A stretch of 64,000 nt of DNA from an uncultured Gemmatimonadales bacterium (GCA_963748815.1 CAVVKJ010000009.1:1-64000), one strand, 5' to 3'. Shown: positions 1 through 11,006, counted from the first letter of the stretch. Translations and numbers: made by a program. The notes: generated from the sequence alone by a model not told the origin.

Positions 1-1269
1 TTTGGCCACATTCCCCATATCTTGGTGAAAGCCCTTCCATAGATCCCCTCGAATGACAGTCCTCCCAAATCGCGGTTTGTAGTCGTCTGACATCCGGAAA
101 TTCAGAGCCAGCGGCATCAACGCCTGCAAGGTGCCATTGGCCAACGTTGTCAGAAAATATGTCCTGTGGTCGGCTTCGAAGGGCTCCCATCGGCCTATTT
201 CAGTTGACCTACCCGCAGCAGACACCGGCGGCCTGTCCACACGGGCTATTCTCGCCAGATTGGCTTCAATGAACGACTTGGCAGCCTCGGACACGACAAG
301 GAGTTTGTTTACGTTGTTGATGCTAAACCTATCGCGCTCTAACAAGCCATACTGACGTATCTCGGCCCCTACTCGCTTATCGGCCAGCATCATATCAGCT
401 AGTGCTCCCAAAGTCCCGTCATCATTCAGCCACGCTGAGTAATGTGTGTCATAAGAGTCAATACCGTCGAGCAGAGGTGTATGTGGTGCCTTATCGAACT
501 CAACGGACCGGCGGAAGATATGAACGAACTCGACATTCTTCACTATCGTCCCCTGCTGTGCATTAACGGTCTTCGGCCCTGATGTTGTGGACATCTCAAC
601 AGCTATGGTGTCGATGTAGTTTTCTTCCCCGAACACCTCGGCAAGCGCATGTTTGAGGTTTGCCGCTTCGCTGTCGTCGATCGACACACAAATCACCCCA
701 TCTTCTCGTAGGAGCTGCCGCGCTAACTTGAGTCGCGGGTATATCATGCTAAGCCAGTCGGTGTGGAAGCGGCCGGACGCCTCGGTATTGGATGAGAGTT
801 TTTTACCGCCCTCGTCGGTCTGGCCGGTTAGTTCGAGGTAGTTCTTGATGCTGTCCTGGAAGTTGTCGGGATAAATGAAGTCCTTGCCGGTATTGTAGGG
901 CGGATCGATATAGATGAATTTCACCTTCCCGGCGTAGCTCTTCTGTAGGAGCTTCAGCACCTCAAGGTTGTCGCCCTCGATCACAAGGTTTTGGGTCGTG
1001 TCCCAGTCCACACTGTCTGACGGAAAGGGGCGCAGGGTGCCGGTGGAAGGGGTGAGGGCGAGCTGGCGCGCGCGGCGCTTCCCATGCCAATTGAGTCCGT
1101 ACTTCTCTTCTCGCTCTTCCACCAAATCGCCGAGCAACTGCCTCAGCACCTCGAAATCGACCTTTCCCTCGGTCCATGCTTCAGGGAATAGCGCCCTCAT
1201 TTGCTGGATGTTCTCGACAATAAAGTCGGCGGACTTTGAGTCTGGGGCATTTCGGTCAATCCGTTGCAT
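1..1269 (-). CDS. mod: Type III RM methyltransferase subunit Mod, copy 2 (partial; C-terminus beyond left edge)
   Basis: Not in the ORF track (no stop in window). Manual translation from ATG 1269 is open to position 1: MQRIDRNAPDSKSADFIVENIQQ...YGLNWHGK...IEGDNLEVLKLLQKSYAGKVKFIYIDPPYNTGKDF...FHTDWLSMIYPRLKLA...GDLWKGFHQDMGNVAK; DPPY catalytic motif. Confidence 0.92.
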   Translation of the reverse strand, partial: MQRIDRNAPDSKSADFIVENIQQMRALFPEAWTEGKVDFEVLRQLLGDLVEEREEKYGLNWHGKRRARQLALTPSTGTLRPFPSDSVDWDTTQNLVIEGDNLEVLKLLQKSYAGKVKFIYIDPPYNTGKDFIYPDNFQDSIKNYLELTGQTDEGGKKLSSNTEASGRFHTDWLSMIYPRLKLARQLLREDGVICVSIDDSEAANLKHALAEVFGEENYIDTIAVEMSTTSGPKTVNAQQGTIVKNVEFVHIFRRSVEFDKAPHTPLLDGIDSYDTHYSAWLNDDGTLGALADMMLADKRVGAEIRQYGLLERDRFSINNVNKLLVVSEAAKSFIEANLARIARVDRPPVSAAGRSTEIGRWEPFEADHRTYFLTTLANGTLQALMPLALNFRMSDDYKPRFGRTVIRGDLWKGFHQDMGNVAK

Positions 1270-1278
1270 TGCAGGCAC

Positions 1279-3205
1279 TTATAGGCTCCGGACGGATTCA
1301 AGGCCGTGTTGCTGTAGGATGGCGGTGATATTGGTCTTGGCTACGTCGTCCGCGAAAGCACTGTCGCGGAAAACGACCGTAGTATCGCCGGCGGGACTCA
1401 ACTGTTCGTGCCAATCTACAAAGCCACGAGCCACCGGCTCGACGTCTGCCTGGGGGATGGTGGTCGAGAGACAGACCATAAGCGAGCCGGCCCCGATGGA
1501 GTGGATGACATGCATCACGTTCGAAGCCCCAGTCACTTGCTTAGTTTCAATCGGCACGCACAGGTCGAGCCCAAGCTTGAGAAGTAGTTCGAAGAGAATG
1601 TCCCGCTCCGTCCGTCCGGACTTAAGGTGTTCGACCGAAGCATCAAGAGTGTCGGCGAGGTTCTGCCGGTTCGGCTCCCATGCCTGAATATTGCTGCTGT
1701 CGAGCTTGAAGACGCGAAAGCCAAGGTCGCCCGCGAAGAGGGGATCCCCCCCCACCGATCCTCGTCCCTACCCGACGGAGGCGCTCTTTAGTCAGTTCGG
1801 CGATGGTGCGTGGCTTGCGCAAATTGTCGCAAACTGCAGCAGCTGTCTTTTGTTCCGTGTTCTCGGGATCGAGGGGCTCGGGAAGTTGGGTCAAAATCAC
1901 GCGGAGTCTGGCTTCTTTGAGGGCATTGTGTTGCCATACCGCCTGCGCACATGTCCCTGAACCTGCAAAGAAATCAAAGACAAGATCGTAGCCTGTTGCA
2001 CCCGATAGGCTAATGAGGTGCTGGATTAGAGCCGTTGGCTTTGGCGTATCAAAAGGAGCACTGCCATCAAAGAGTTCCTTCACTTCGGTGGCCGCATCGC
2101 GGGTCGTACCAGCGTCCTTTCCAAAGAGAATCGTCTCTGGCGTCCGACCTTCTAACGTGTTCAGATAAATCTTGCGCGTGATTCGCGTCTCATCTGGCGA
2201 AAAGACTATTTCTCCTGACAAGATCTTATTGTCCATCGTTGTTTTGCTCCATCGCCACCCATTCGCCGGTGGAGCGATACTCTTCCCAGAGGGAGTAGTT
2301 ATTGGGTAAATCAGGTTGGGGCGGTACAGGGCGTTGCGCACGTCGCCAGTGCGCCATGCACCTTTAGGGTCGTTATCCGGGTTTGAATAATTCTTGTTGT
2401 TCTCAACCGTTCGCTCCAGGTTTGCTAACTCGAAGTCTTCGCTCTTTTGATAGCAAAGGATGAAATTGTGATGAACCGAGAAAGTCCCTGAATAACCTTT
2501 CGGTTGTAGACTGTGCTGCCAAACAAGAATGCCTTGCCGATTCTCTTCTCCGAAGACCTCATCGCAAAGGTAGCACAACCCAGCCACTTCATGATCATCA
2601 ATCGTGATAAAGATCACCCCATCCTCCCTCAGTAGATTCCGCGCTAACTTGAGGCGGGGATACATCATGGTAAGCCAGTCAGTGTGGAAGCGGCCGGAAG
2701 CCTCGGTGTTGGAGGAAAGCTTTTTGCCGTCTTCCCCGGTCTGGCCGGTGATTTGCAGATAGTTGCCGATATTGTCCTGGAAGTTGTCGGGATAGACGAA
2801 GTCCTTGCCGGTGTTGTAAGGCGGGTCAATGTAGATGAGCTTCACCTTCCCGGCGTAGGACTTTTGCAGCAGCTTCAAAACCTCGAGGTTGTCGCCTTCA
2901 ATCATGAGATTCTGGGTGGTATCCCAGTCCACACTGTCTTCCGGGCAGGGCCGCAGGGTACCAGTAGAGGGCGTGAGGGCAAGGCGTCGGGCGCTGCGTT
3001 TGCCGTGCCAATTCAGGCCGTACTTCTCCTCGGCGTCGGTGACGGTCCGGCCGCCCACCAGCTGCTTGAGTACTTCCACATTTACGGACGCCCCATCTGG
3101 CCCTTCAGTGATGAGCTCCGGAAATAGCTCTATAAGGCGAGTCACGTTTGCAGCTACGAGATCCGGAGACTTGGTCTCAGGGTCAGCGGGCGTCAGTCTC
3201 TCCAT
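1279..3205 (-). CDS. mod: Type III RM methyltransferase subunit Mod, copy 1 (frameshift in G8 tract at 1746-1753)
   Basis: ORF 1643..3205 has IYIDPPYNTG, FDTPKP and FFAGSGT motifs; ORF 1279..1755 gives the typical Mod C-terminus (DLGFRVFKLDSSNI...VVFRDSAFADDVAKTN). G7 or G10 instead of G8 joins the two frames. Confidence 0.92.
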
Positions 3206-3218
3206 CCATCCTCGTCTT

Positions 3219-3978
3219 TCACAGTTTGGCGCGGGCAGCAGCCTGGTCCGCCAGCATGCGCTGTAGTTCGAGATTCAGTTCCACTCGCCGGGCCATTTGA
3301 GTCTCTTTCCCCGGCGGCCCCCCGCAGACGCGCAATCTCCGCATCCAGTCGCACGCATTCTCGCAGCGCATTGCGCTGTTCTGCGCCCTGCTCCTGGCTC
3401 GTCGGACGGGTAAATACACCAGTCAATCGGGCGGCTTGCAGGGCCACCAAAGTGTCTATCCAGCCTTGGTACAACGCATACAGCGTCATTCGAGGTTGGC
3501 TACCAAGCGCCAGCGCCCTCGTAAAGGCTTCCCATCGTTCACTGTCATGCGACGCATCCCACTCAACACTGACCAGATCCCCGTCCAGCACCGTCTTGCC
3601 CAGCTCGTTTTGGGACCAACGCTTGTGCGCTGCCGACATTTCGGTGCGCACACCAGCACCGGTGAACAACAGTAAGGGATAGGGAATAGCGCGATGGACC
3701 AGCTCCACCAGCCTCTGCACCTTGGGTGCACCTCTCACCGTAACGTGTAGTACGGCTATCTCAAGGTACTCCCGTTCGTCGTCGCTGTACGCTGGCACGC
3801 CGACTGTGGTCGGCTTGAGTGCCGCGACCCAAAGCAGCTCCCCAACAGCCTCATTGATGAGACGTCTGTCGGCTGCCGTCGGTGCTCCGTTTTCCAACAA
3901 GAGCTTTTTCGGCACGCGCTGGTCCAATCGGCATCCTGCGGGCAGCCCCAGGGCAGTGAGGAGCTGCTCACCACTCAT
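3219..3978 (-). CDS. DUF4391-like protein (1-nt frameshift near 3310)
   Basis: LDQRVPKKLL...YLEIAVL...LVHRAIPYP and a C-terminal KETQMARRVELN coiled-coil (in ORF 3219..3419) are characteristic; lies between helicase and mod; ATGA overlap with the helicase stop. Confidence 0.75.
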
Positions 3979-6900
3979 TGGGCCACGTCAGGTACAACCG
4001 CAAGCCAAGCGACCACCTCGAAGTCGTTGATACCGGCGAATTCGCCTCGCGTGGCGTGGGTACCTCCAGGGCTAAAGAGGCTCGCAAGAGCGCGTTCCTC
4101 GCTCTTTCCAACTACCGAGGCGACCGCGGCGGCCGGAGCCGTTGCGCCGCATGCATATCCTCTCCCTGCTTGGTCTCCTTATCGAAGCGAGCACAAGCTT
4201 TGGCGTCAGGTAGGTCTCGACCTAGGCTGAGGCGCTTCAGTCGGTCCAGGACCTGCTTCGTTTGCGTGTAAGGGAGCAATACCGGCCCGCCCTCCCCCAC
4301 ATGCACAAGATATTGCGCCCCTAGGGGATAGCCCGCTTCGGTGCCCCGTATAGCAGCCTCGCCTTCGGCCCGAAGGCAAAAGATGATACCCTCCGGGATT
4401 TCGGCCTCGGTGGTTGTAGTCACCGCGCATGTGCCTAGCGGCAGTGCCTCCAATACCCCGGGATGCGCCTTGAGGTATTGCGCCAAGTCGATCCGGAAGT
4501 CGGTCAGCGTAAGGTCGGCGATCGATACACCAGTTGGAGAGATCTTCGAGGTCGATCACTGCCTCCTGGAGCTTTAGGAGCTGCTTGCGACGGTACTTCC
4601 AGGTCGTTCATTTGGTTGCCTGAGTCCTTCGATCAGATTCTCTTCGCCGGTGGCCGAAATATCGAGCAGCACCATGCGGCCGCTGACCCGTTGTTCGAGA
4701 TTGATGTATTCCTCTAGCTCAATATTAGGCCAGAAGTTCACCAGCTGGATGCTCTTGTTGGGTGAGCCAATGCGATCGATACGCCCGAAGCGCTGGATGA
4801 TACGCACTGGGTTCCAGTGAATGTCATAGTTGATCAACCAGTCACAATCCTGAAGGTTCTGCCCTTCCGAGATGCAGTCAGTCGCAATCAACAGGTCGAG
4901 ATCCCCTTCGCCACCAAAGTCCTCATGCCGCTCCTTTGCCCGTGGCGCAAAGGTTGTCAGAATGGTCGCCAAATCCTTCCGTAAACCCGACAGTGTGGTC
5001 TGGTTAGTGCCTGCTCCGGTGACAAGGGCCGTGTCGATTCCAAGGGTAGTCTTCGCCCATGGGGCCAGCTGATCAAAGAGGTATCTCGCTGTGTCTGCGA
5101 ACGCGGTAAATACGATGACCTTGCGATTGCCAGGGTTGATCGGGTGTTGGCACTTTCGCTCGATCATGTCACGTAGAGCATGGAGCTTGGCATCGCGAGC
5201 TGCATTCACTGCGGCAGCGGCCGCGTGTAGTGTCGCCAGGCGGTTGCGATCCTCGATCAACTCCTGTTTCCAGCGGATGAGATCCACATCCTTTAACAGC
5301 ACCTTGACCTTCCGGCCAACGAGGAGGCTCTCGAAGGCAGGATCATCGAGGTCCACGTCCTCGATGTCGATCTCCTCCATCTCCTGGACGTGGTTCTCAA
5401 TTCGAGCAAGAGTGGTCTCCACATCGCGCAATTGCCGTTGCACCGTCAACGCAAAGGACGACACCGCGCTTTCCATCCGCTTAAGCACGTTAATTCGGAG
5501 CAGATGGATCAGACTCTCTTCACGGTCCGCCTGCCGAAAAAAACCCTCACCGCCGCGAATCTCGGTGCTGTATTTCTTGTCGTAGGCTGCCTGCCTGTGA
5601 GGCACGACATACCGGAGTGGCGCATACGACGCAAGGTTGAGACGACGGATCTCGTTGTTGATCTCACGGATAGAGTGAAAGTCCCCCGCCCGATCCACAT
5701 CGGCCTTGATATTGATGGGCTTCAGTCGTTCTGGAAAGCGCCCGGTCTCCGCGGTACCATAGTACTTCTCAATGTGCTTCCGTGAACGCGCAATTGTGAG
5801 GAGATCGAGCAAGGAGAAGTAATCAAATCCTAGCATCTCAATCAGGCGAGATGGCGTCCGCTGGTCATCTTCCAAATCTAGCCAGCGGTTGAACTGCTTC
5901 TGGGCAAGTCGGGTCGTACTATCAATGCTGGCGATGCCATGATCGAGTAGCGCTGTGTCGTCAGCTTCTGTGACGAAGGCAATCTGGTTGCGTAGGTCGG
6001 CCAGTCTGTTATTGACTGGTGTCGCAGAGAGCATGAGGACGCGTGTCTTCACACCTTCTTTGATTATCCTGCGCATCAACCTGTCATATCGCGTTTCAGA
6101 GCCGGCGCGCGGCGTCTTCTTGTTCCGGAAATTGTGCGATTCGTCGATAACTACCAGGTCATAGTTGCCCCAATTGACATGTGCGAGGTCAATGTCGCCA
6201 GACAAGCCACCATCCCGAGAAAGGTCGGTGTGGTTCAGGACGTCGTAGTTGAAGCGGTCGGAGGCCAGAATGTTTCGGCGGTCGTTGGTCGTGTAGAGCG
6301 TCCAGTTGTCGCGCAGCCGTTTCGGGACTAGTACAAGCACCCGATCATTCCGAAGCTCGTGGTACTTGATGATCGCGAGCGCCTCGAATGTCTTACCGAG
6401 TCCAACGCTGTCGGCAATGATGCACCCGCCGAAGCCTCGAGCTTGTCAATCGCGCCGAGAACGCCATCGCGCTGAAACCTATATAGCTTCTTCCACACCA
6501 CTGTATCGTGAATGCCCGTCGCGGACTTGATGATCCGGTCTTCGTCGAGGTCGTCTCCGCGGTCACGAAACAATTGGTATAGGATGAGCGCATAGACGAG
6601 GGATGGCTCGCGGTGGTTGGCCAGGTCTTGGATTTCTCGAATTAGGGCATTCTTTGCAGCGGGATCGGCCTGCAGGCTTGACCACTGTGTATCGAACCAC
6701 TGACTCAGCAGCGTGGCTTCCTCGGCGGTTTCCGAGGCCTGGATGAGACTCAATGGGTTCCCAGGCGTTAATCCGAGCCCATCTGTCGTGAACGCCAGGG
6801 ACCCGAGGAGCGCATTCAGGGGACGCGATTGCGGATCGCGGAGTACGAAGGCGCCCTGGGGGATCGAGCCGTGCGCCCGGCGCACTTCGGCCTTGCCCTC

Positions 6901-7170
6901 CAGCCAGGCCGCTAGTCGGGTCGCTAGCCACCGGCTCCGTAATTGGTTTCGGGCTGCACGATCGGCCTCTGAGCCGAGCAATGCGAGGTCCGAACTCGTA
7001 GCTGGCAGCACAAGGCGGCAATGCTCCAACACCTTGAGCTGCTCCAGGATGTCCGCAAAGGCAAAGAGTGAGAGTGCTGGGGTCACGACATCGAGCTGGC
7101 GCCCGGCGGTGAGAGCCGGGCGCAAAAGGTCAATGATGCGGTCGGCGCCGGTGTTGCGGACGAGCTTCAT
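3975..7170 (-). CDS. SNF2/SF2 helicase-related protein with degenerate PLD-like N-terminal domain (several frameshifts)
   Basis: Joined from ORFs 6328..7170, 4574..6340, 4112..4486 and a final segment ending DFEVVAWLAVVPDVAQ* at 3975. Motifs IIADSVGLGKT, IDESHNFRN, LSATPVNN, ISEGQNLQ, QRFGRIDRIG. Confidence 0.85.
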
Positions 7171-7651
7171 CCCGGTGTCCTACCTCTCTCGCGCTTCGGG
7201 TGCAGGGTGCTGGATTCTAAGTAGGTCGGGCTGATCATTCCGACATCAGACCCTGAAATGCACCCAACTGAGCTACTCTGCACCATCCTGTCCGGCCCTA
7301 TTTCCTTGGTCGTCACCATACGGCACAATTCCAAGCCAGTGGGTGCGAAGCACCACGAGCCAGTCACCCCATGTGGAGCTGGCCAGCGTGCTCAGAGCCG
7401 GAATGCGAACCCACCGAACATCCCGGGTACCTGGGAGTAACGCGGCGCTCTCCCACAGCGAATCCTGACTCAGCTCGGGAGACTTCTTCGGGGTCGATAG
7501 ACAGCCCGATTGAGCCCGTAACCTAAGATGCTCCCTGACTAGCACTTAGACAACCCACATACCCCGCTCCGCACCCCACCCAGATCCCTCGCCACCAAAA
7601 GGTGAGTTCGGGGCTTGCGTAGAATTTCCTAAACATGTAGAGTTGTCTACC

Positions 7652-7952
7652 ATGGCATACGCATCCGCTCCGTCCCGAGTCAAATGGGACAAGACTCTCG
7701 GCCCACTCCAGGGCGTCACGATCGAACGCGAGATCGACGGGGCCTGGTACGCGTGGTACACCCCTCCAAATGGCTTGGTCTCCCAAGCCATCGCGGCGAG
7801 AACTTCTCGGCGTCAGCCTCATGGCCATCAACAACTGGGTGAACGCCAAGAAGGTCGGCCACGTCAAGCTCGGTCCTCGGAAATCGGCGATCCCGCTGAG
7901 CGAGATCAAGCGCGTCCGGGCGATCCTGGCCAAGGAAAAGCGCCTGAGATGA
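7652..7952 (+). CDS. Small excisionase/MerR-like HTH protein (frameshift near 7800)
   Basis: ORF 7643 N-part joined to 7770..7952 gives ...VSQAIAA..LLGVSLMAINNWVNAKKVGHVKLGPRKSAIPLSEIKRV, an Xis-like winged-HTH pattern; island context. Confidence 0.55.
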
Positions 7953-8077
7953 GGCCCAGCACCCCAATTCACCGGTGCTTCCGCCCCAAGGCCCGAGAAA
8001 ATGTACCCAGAAGTTCCTATCCTCAGCCCGCGGCATTTCCGCGTGATGTCCTACCGTAGTCCGCATTGAGGCACGTA

Positions 8078-8702
8078 TGAGCAGTACAACCAAGGCAAGT
8101 CGGGAGCGGCCAGCGGCCGCCGTGAGGGCCCCAGCACGCCCCCAGGCGCCGCGTCACCCAGGGAGCTGATCGACAGAGATGGCCGAGCTGCGTCAGCAGG
8201 GCGTCAGCTACCGGGAGATCGGGGCTCGAGTGGGCTGTAGCGAGAGGACGGCCCGCCGGTATGTCGGTCAGGTGCAGCCCAAGCTGGACCTCCCCGAGGC
8301 TAGCCCGAGCAGCCTCAGGATCCAGACCGGATGCGGGAGTGGCGGGCGCCGCTCTTGCTCGGGAGCAGCTCTACCACGTACAAGAGCGTCCCCGGAGCCC
8401 AGGCTCTCGGTCAGCGTTCATGGCTGAGGCGGCGCGCCAGGTCGAGGAGCGGCTCGAGGCGCTGCCGGATCTGACGCTCGAATTGCTCATGAAGGACAGG
8501 ACGCGAACTGCGGGAGAACTTGCTTCCTGAGACTCACGGTGGCTCCCGCTCGCAGCTTCCGAGCTCTGCGACTGACTCGGCCGAGCAGTGGCCTGCTGTC
8601 ACGATGGACTCAGGGACGTAAGCTGGAGTCCCCCAGCGAGCGAGGGACCGCGAACTCCTCGGACGATGACGTCCCCGACGTCGGGCTCGACGCGAGCCCT
8701 AG
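8078..8702 (+). CDS. HTH DNA-binding protein (multiple frameshifts; ends approximate)
   Basis: MAELRQQGVSYREIGARVGCSERTARRYV HTH in ORF 8179..8427; plausible coding continuation in neighbouring frames. Confidence 0.45.
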
Positions 8703-8705
8703 GCC

Positions 8706-9114
8706 ATGCCGCTCCCCCACCCCCAGCACCCACCTGACCCTCCCCGACGGGCTCCCGCCGTGGCTGGTGGCGTTTGTGCAGGAGGCCGAGCGGGAGAACC
8801 AGACCCTCACCGAAAACGGCGCCTCCCAGGCCGCCCAGGCCCGCGAGACCCTGCTCCAGAGGCTGCTGGCCGCCGCCCAGCACTACCTCAACGGCGAAAT
8901 CACCGTCGAGGAGGCCGCCCAGCTCCTCGGCAAGCACCCCGAGACCATCCGGCGCGCCGTCCGGAAGGGCGCCCTCCCCGACGGCCGCGCCAACCCCCGC
9001 GGCCACCTCCGGATCCGCCGCGGCGACCTCCAGGCGCTTGCTGCCCCCGCGCCCGCGCGATATGATCCCGTTGCCGATGCCCAGGACATCGCCCAACGGA
9101 GGAGGCCTCGATGA
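8706..9114 (+). CDS. Excisionase-family HTH protein (putative recombination directionality factor)
   Basis: ITVEEAAQLLGKHPETIRRAVRKGAL...HLRIRRGDL within ORF 8539..9114; stop overlaps integrase ATG. Likely start is ATG 8706 with an indel in a C-run. Confidence 0.7.
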
Positions 9115-10347
9115 CCGAGACCCCAACCTGCTGGACGAAGTCCGTCGGTGAACGTGGTCTGAAGGTCCGGCTCTATGAGTCCCGCCCCGGCGGGAACATC
9201 ATGCGAGCCATCTGTATCGACGGGAAGGAGGACCGAAAGAGTCTGGGCCACCGGGACCGCGAGCAGGCGACCCTGCAGGCCTACGCGCTGCTCCACGGCA
9301 TGGTCGCCAACGTGGACGCGCTCGAGGACGAGAGCCTCACCCTCGGCATGCTCACCGAGCTCTACCTGGCGAGCCCGCGGCACGCGGCCAAGAAGCCGCG
9401 GTCGCAGCGGAGTGACGAAGGGAGGCTCAAGCGAGTGGTCGCCTTCCTCGGACCCACGCGCGACGTACGGAGCCTCTCGGAATCGGATGTGATCCGCTAC
9501 TCGATGGCGAGGCGCCAGGGTGACTCGCAAATCATCGGGGTCCCCGAGGGGCGGACGGTCCGGGACCGGACCATCGAGTGCGACCTGCTGGCGCTGGACC
9601 GGGCCCTCAACTGGGGCACCCGGGAGCGGAACGAGACCGGACGGCGGCTCCTGAAGGAGAATCCCTGGTACGGGATCAAGTTCCCCAAGGAGAAGAACAC
9701 CCGCCGGCCGGTGATGACCCACACCACCTTCCTGGCACTGCTCAAGGTGGCCGAGCGGGTTCATCCGCTGCTCAAGCTGGCGCTCGTGGTGGCCGAAGCG
9801 ACCGGCCGCCGATTGTCGGCCTGGCGCAACCTCCGCTGGGACGACATCGACCTGCAGGAGAACACCATTCGGTGGCGCGCGGAGCACGACAAGTCGGGAT
9901 TCGAAGAGATCGTCCCGATGAGTGAGGCGGTGCAGGAGGCGCTGAAGGAGGCGCGGAAGCTCCAGCCGGCCATCTGGCTCGGCGCCGGTCTTCCCTGCCC
10001 CGAGGCACCCCACGAAGCCGGTGGACCGGCACGTGCTCGACAACTGGCTCCGCCAGGCGTACGTCGAGGCCGAGCTCGCACAGCAACCCGGTGGCATGTG
10101 GCACCCGCTCCGCCGGAAGTGGGCCACCGAGCGGAAGGGCTATCCGGTGAAGGACGTGGCGGCGGCGGGCGGCTGGAAGACGGAGCGCGTGTTGCTCACG
10201 TCGTACCAGCAGAGTGATGCCGCGACGATCAAAACGGTGGTGTTGGAGCCGTCCCACAGGCTGGAAGGGGCGTTACTCACAACAAACACACAACACGCCG
10301 TTTTGACAGCAGACTGCCCCACCGCAGAAGTCGCAGTGAGGCAGTGA
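9111..10347 (+). CDS. Tyrosine recombinase / phage-type integrase (frameshift near 9975)
   Basis: ORFs 9111..10217 + 10021..10347: ATGRR (Arg), HDKS (Lys), WHPLRR (HxxR), AAAGGW...SYQQ (Tyr); abuts tRNA 3' end. Confidence 0.88.
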
Positions 10348-10356
10348 GTTACCAAG

Positions 10357-10429
10357 TGGAGCGGACCGGGATCGAACCGGTGACCCCCTGCTTGCAAAGC
10401 AGGTGCTCTCCCAACTGAGCTACCGCCCC
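10357..10429 (-). tRNA. tRNA-Ala(UGC), CCA not encoded
   Basis: Reverse complement GGGGCGGTAGCTCAGTTGGGAGAGCACCTGCTTTGCAAGCAGGGGGTCACCGGTTCGATCCCGGTCCGCTCCA; acceptor stem with G3:U70, anticodon TGC, GGTTCGATCC T-arm. Confidence 0.97.
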
Positions 10430-10504
10430 CGAACGCCCTTCAAGATAATGCCCTCCCGCATCAAGCCAACCACCGGAACATCGATCAACTGCCGTTTCCG
10501 CAGC

Positions 10505-10789
10505 TCAGAGTCCCAACGCGGACTGCCGGGCGTGCACCACGGCCAAGACATCAAGACGCTCGGACGAACGCTGGTAGATCACCCGGTACGGACCCTCGAG
10601 GACTTCACGAATATCTGGCTGCCCAACCTCCGGGACCATTCGCCCGGAATCCGGAAAGGCGGCCAACTGCGGCGCACGGGCCAGAACACGCTGAATCATG
10701 CGCTCGGCGTAGAACGGAGACGTCTGGGAAATGTACTCTCGAATGGCACCCAGATGAGCGAGTGCAGTCGCCGTCCAACCGACTCTCAC
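10505..10789 (-). CDS. RelE/ParE-family type II toxin
   Basis: VGWTATALAHLGAIREYI...LAAFPDSGRMVPE...IRE...PYRVIY...LAVVHARQ. Confidence 0.88.
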   Translation of the reverse strand: MRVGWTATALAHLGAIREYISQTSPFYAERMIQRVLARAPQLAAFPDSGRMVPEVGQPDIREVLEGPYRVIYQRSSERLDVLAVVHARQSALGL

Positions 10790-10977
10790 CGGCGCTGTCG
10801 GAGCTGAGCCAGCGCTTCCTCCTGAGAGACTACCCGGTCGGCTGCGACGTCCTCCAGCCCAGCCTCAACCGCCTGACGGACATAGACCTCGTACATGAGG
10901 TCATCCCACGACGCATCAAGGGGAAGCTGATCGACGAGTCGGTGGGCCTCATCCTTCAAATTACGAGCGGGTTCCAT
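10786..10977 (-). CDS. Putative antitoxin cognate to the RelE/ParE toxin
   Basis: 63 aa MEPARNLKDEAHRLVDQLP...GLEDVAADRVVSQEEA; GGAGG RBS; 4-nt overlap with toxin. Confidence 0.8.
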   Translation of the reverse strand: MEPARNLKDEAHRLVDQLPLDASWDDLMYEVYVRQAVEAGLEDVAADRVVSQEEALAQLRQRR

Positions 10978-11006
10978 AGGACCTCCACTGGTTCGGCGCC
11001 CAAACG

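Larger units (their letters stand above)
1..10356. mobile_element. Integrative genomic/defence island (right arm) inserted at the 3' end of tRNA-Ala; left boundary outside the window
   Basis: Tyrosine integrase ends ~10 bp from the tRNA 3' end; excisionase-like HTH genes; RM-type cargo; 1-7600 is visibly more AT-rich than the rest of the window. The second att copy was not found in the window. Confidence 0.85.

Noticed and set aside
7372..7412. GTGGAGCTGGCC...GGAATGCGAACC as the second att copy of tRNA-Ala
   Set aside because: Similarity is limited to ~7 nt plus scattered matches, and AT-richer cargo continues to the left.
7171..7640. Short ORFs between the helicase and HTH genes
   Set aside because: No motifs or convincing RBS; likely a divergent promoter region.
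7652..10347. Intact prophage
   Set aside because: No structural, packaging, lysis or replication genes in the visible part of the island.
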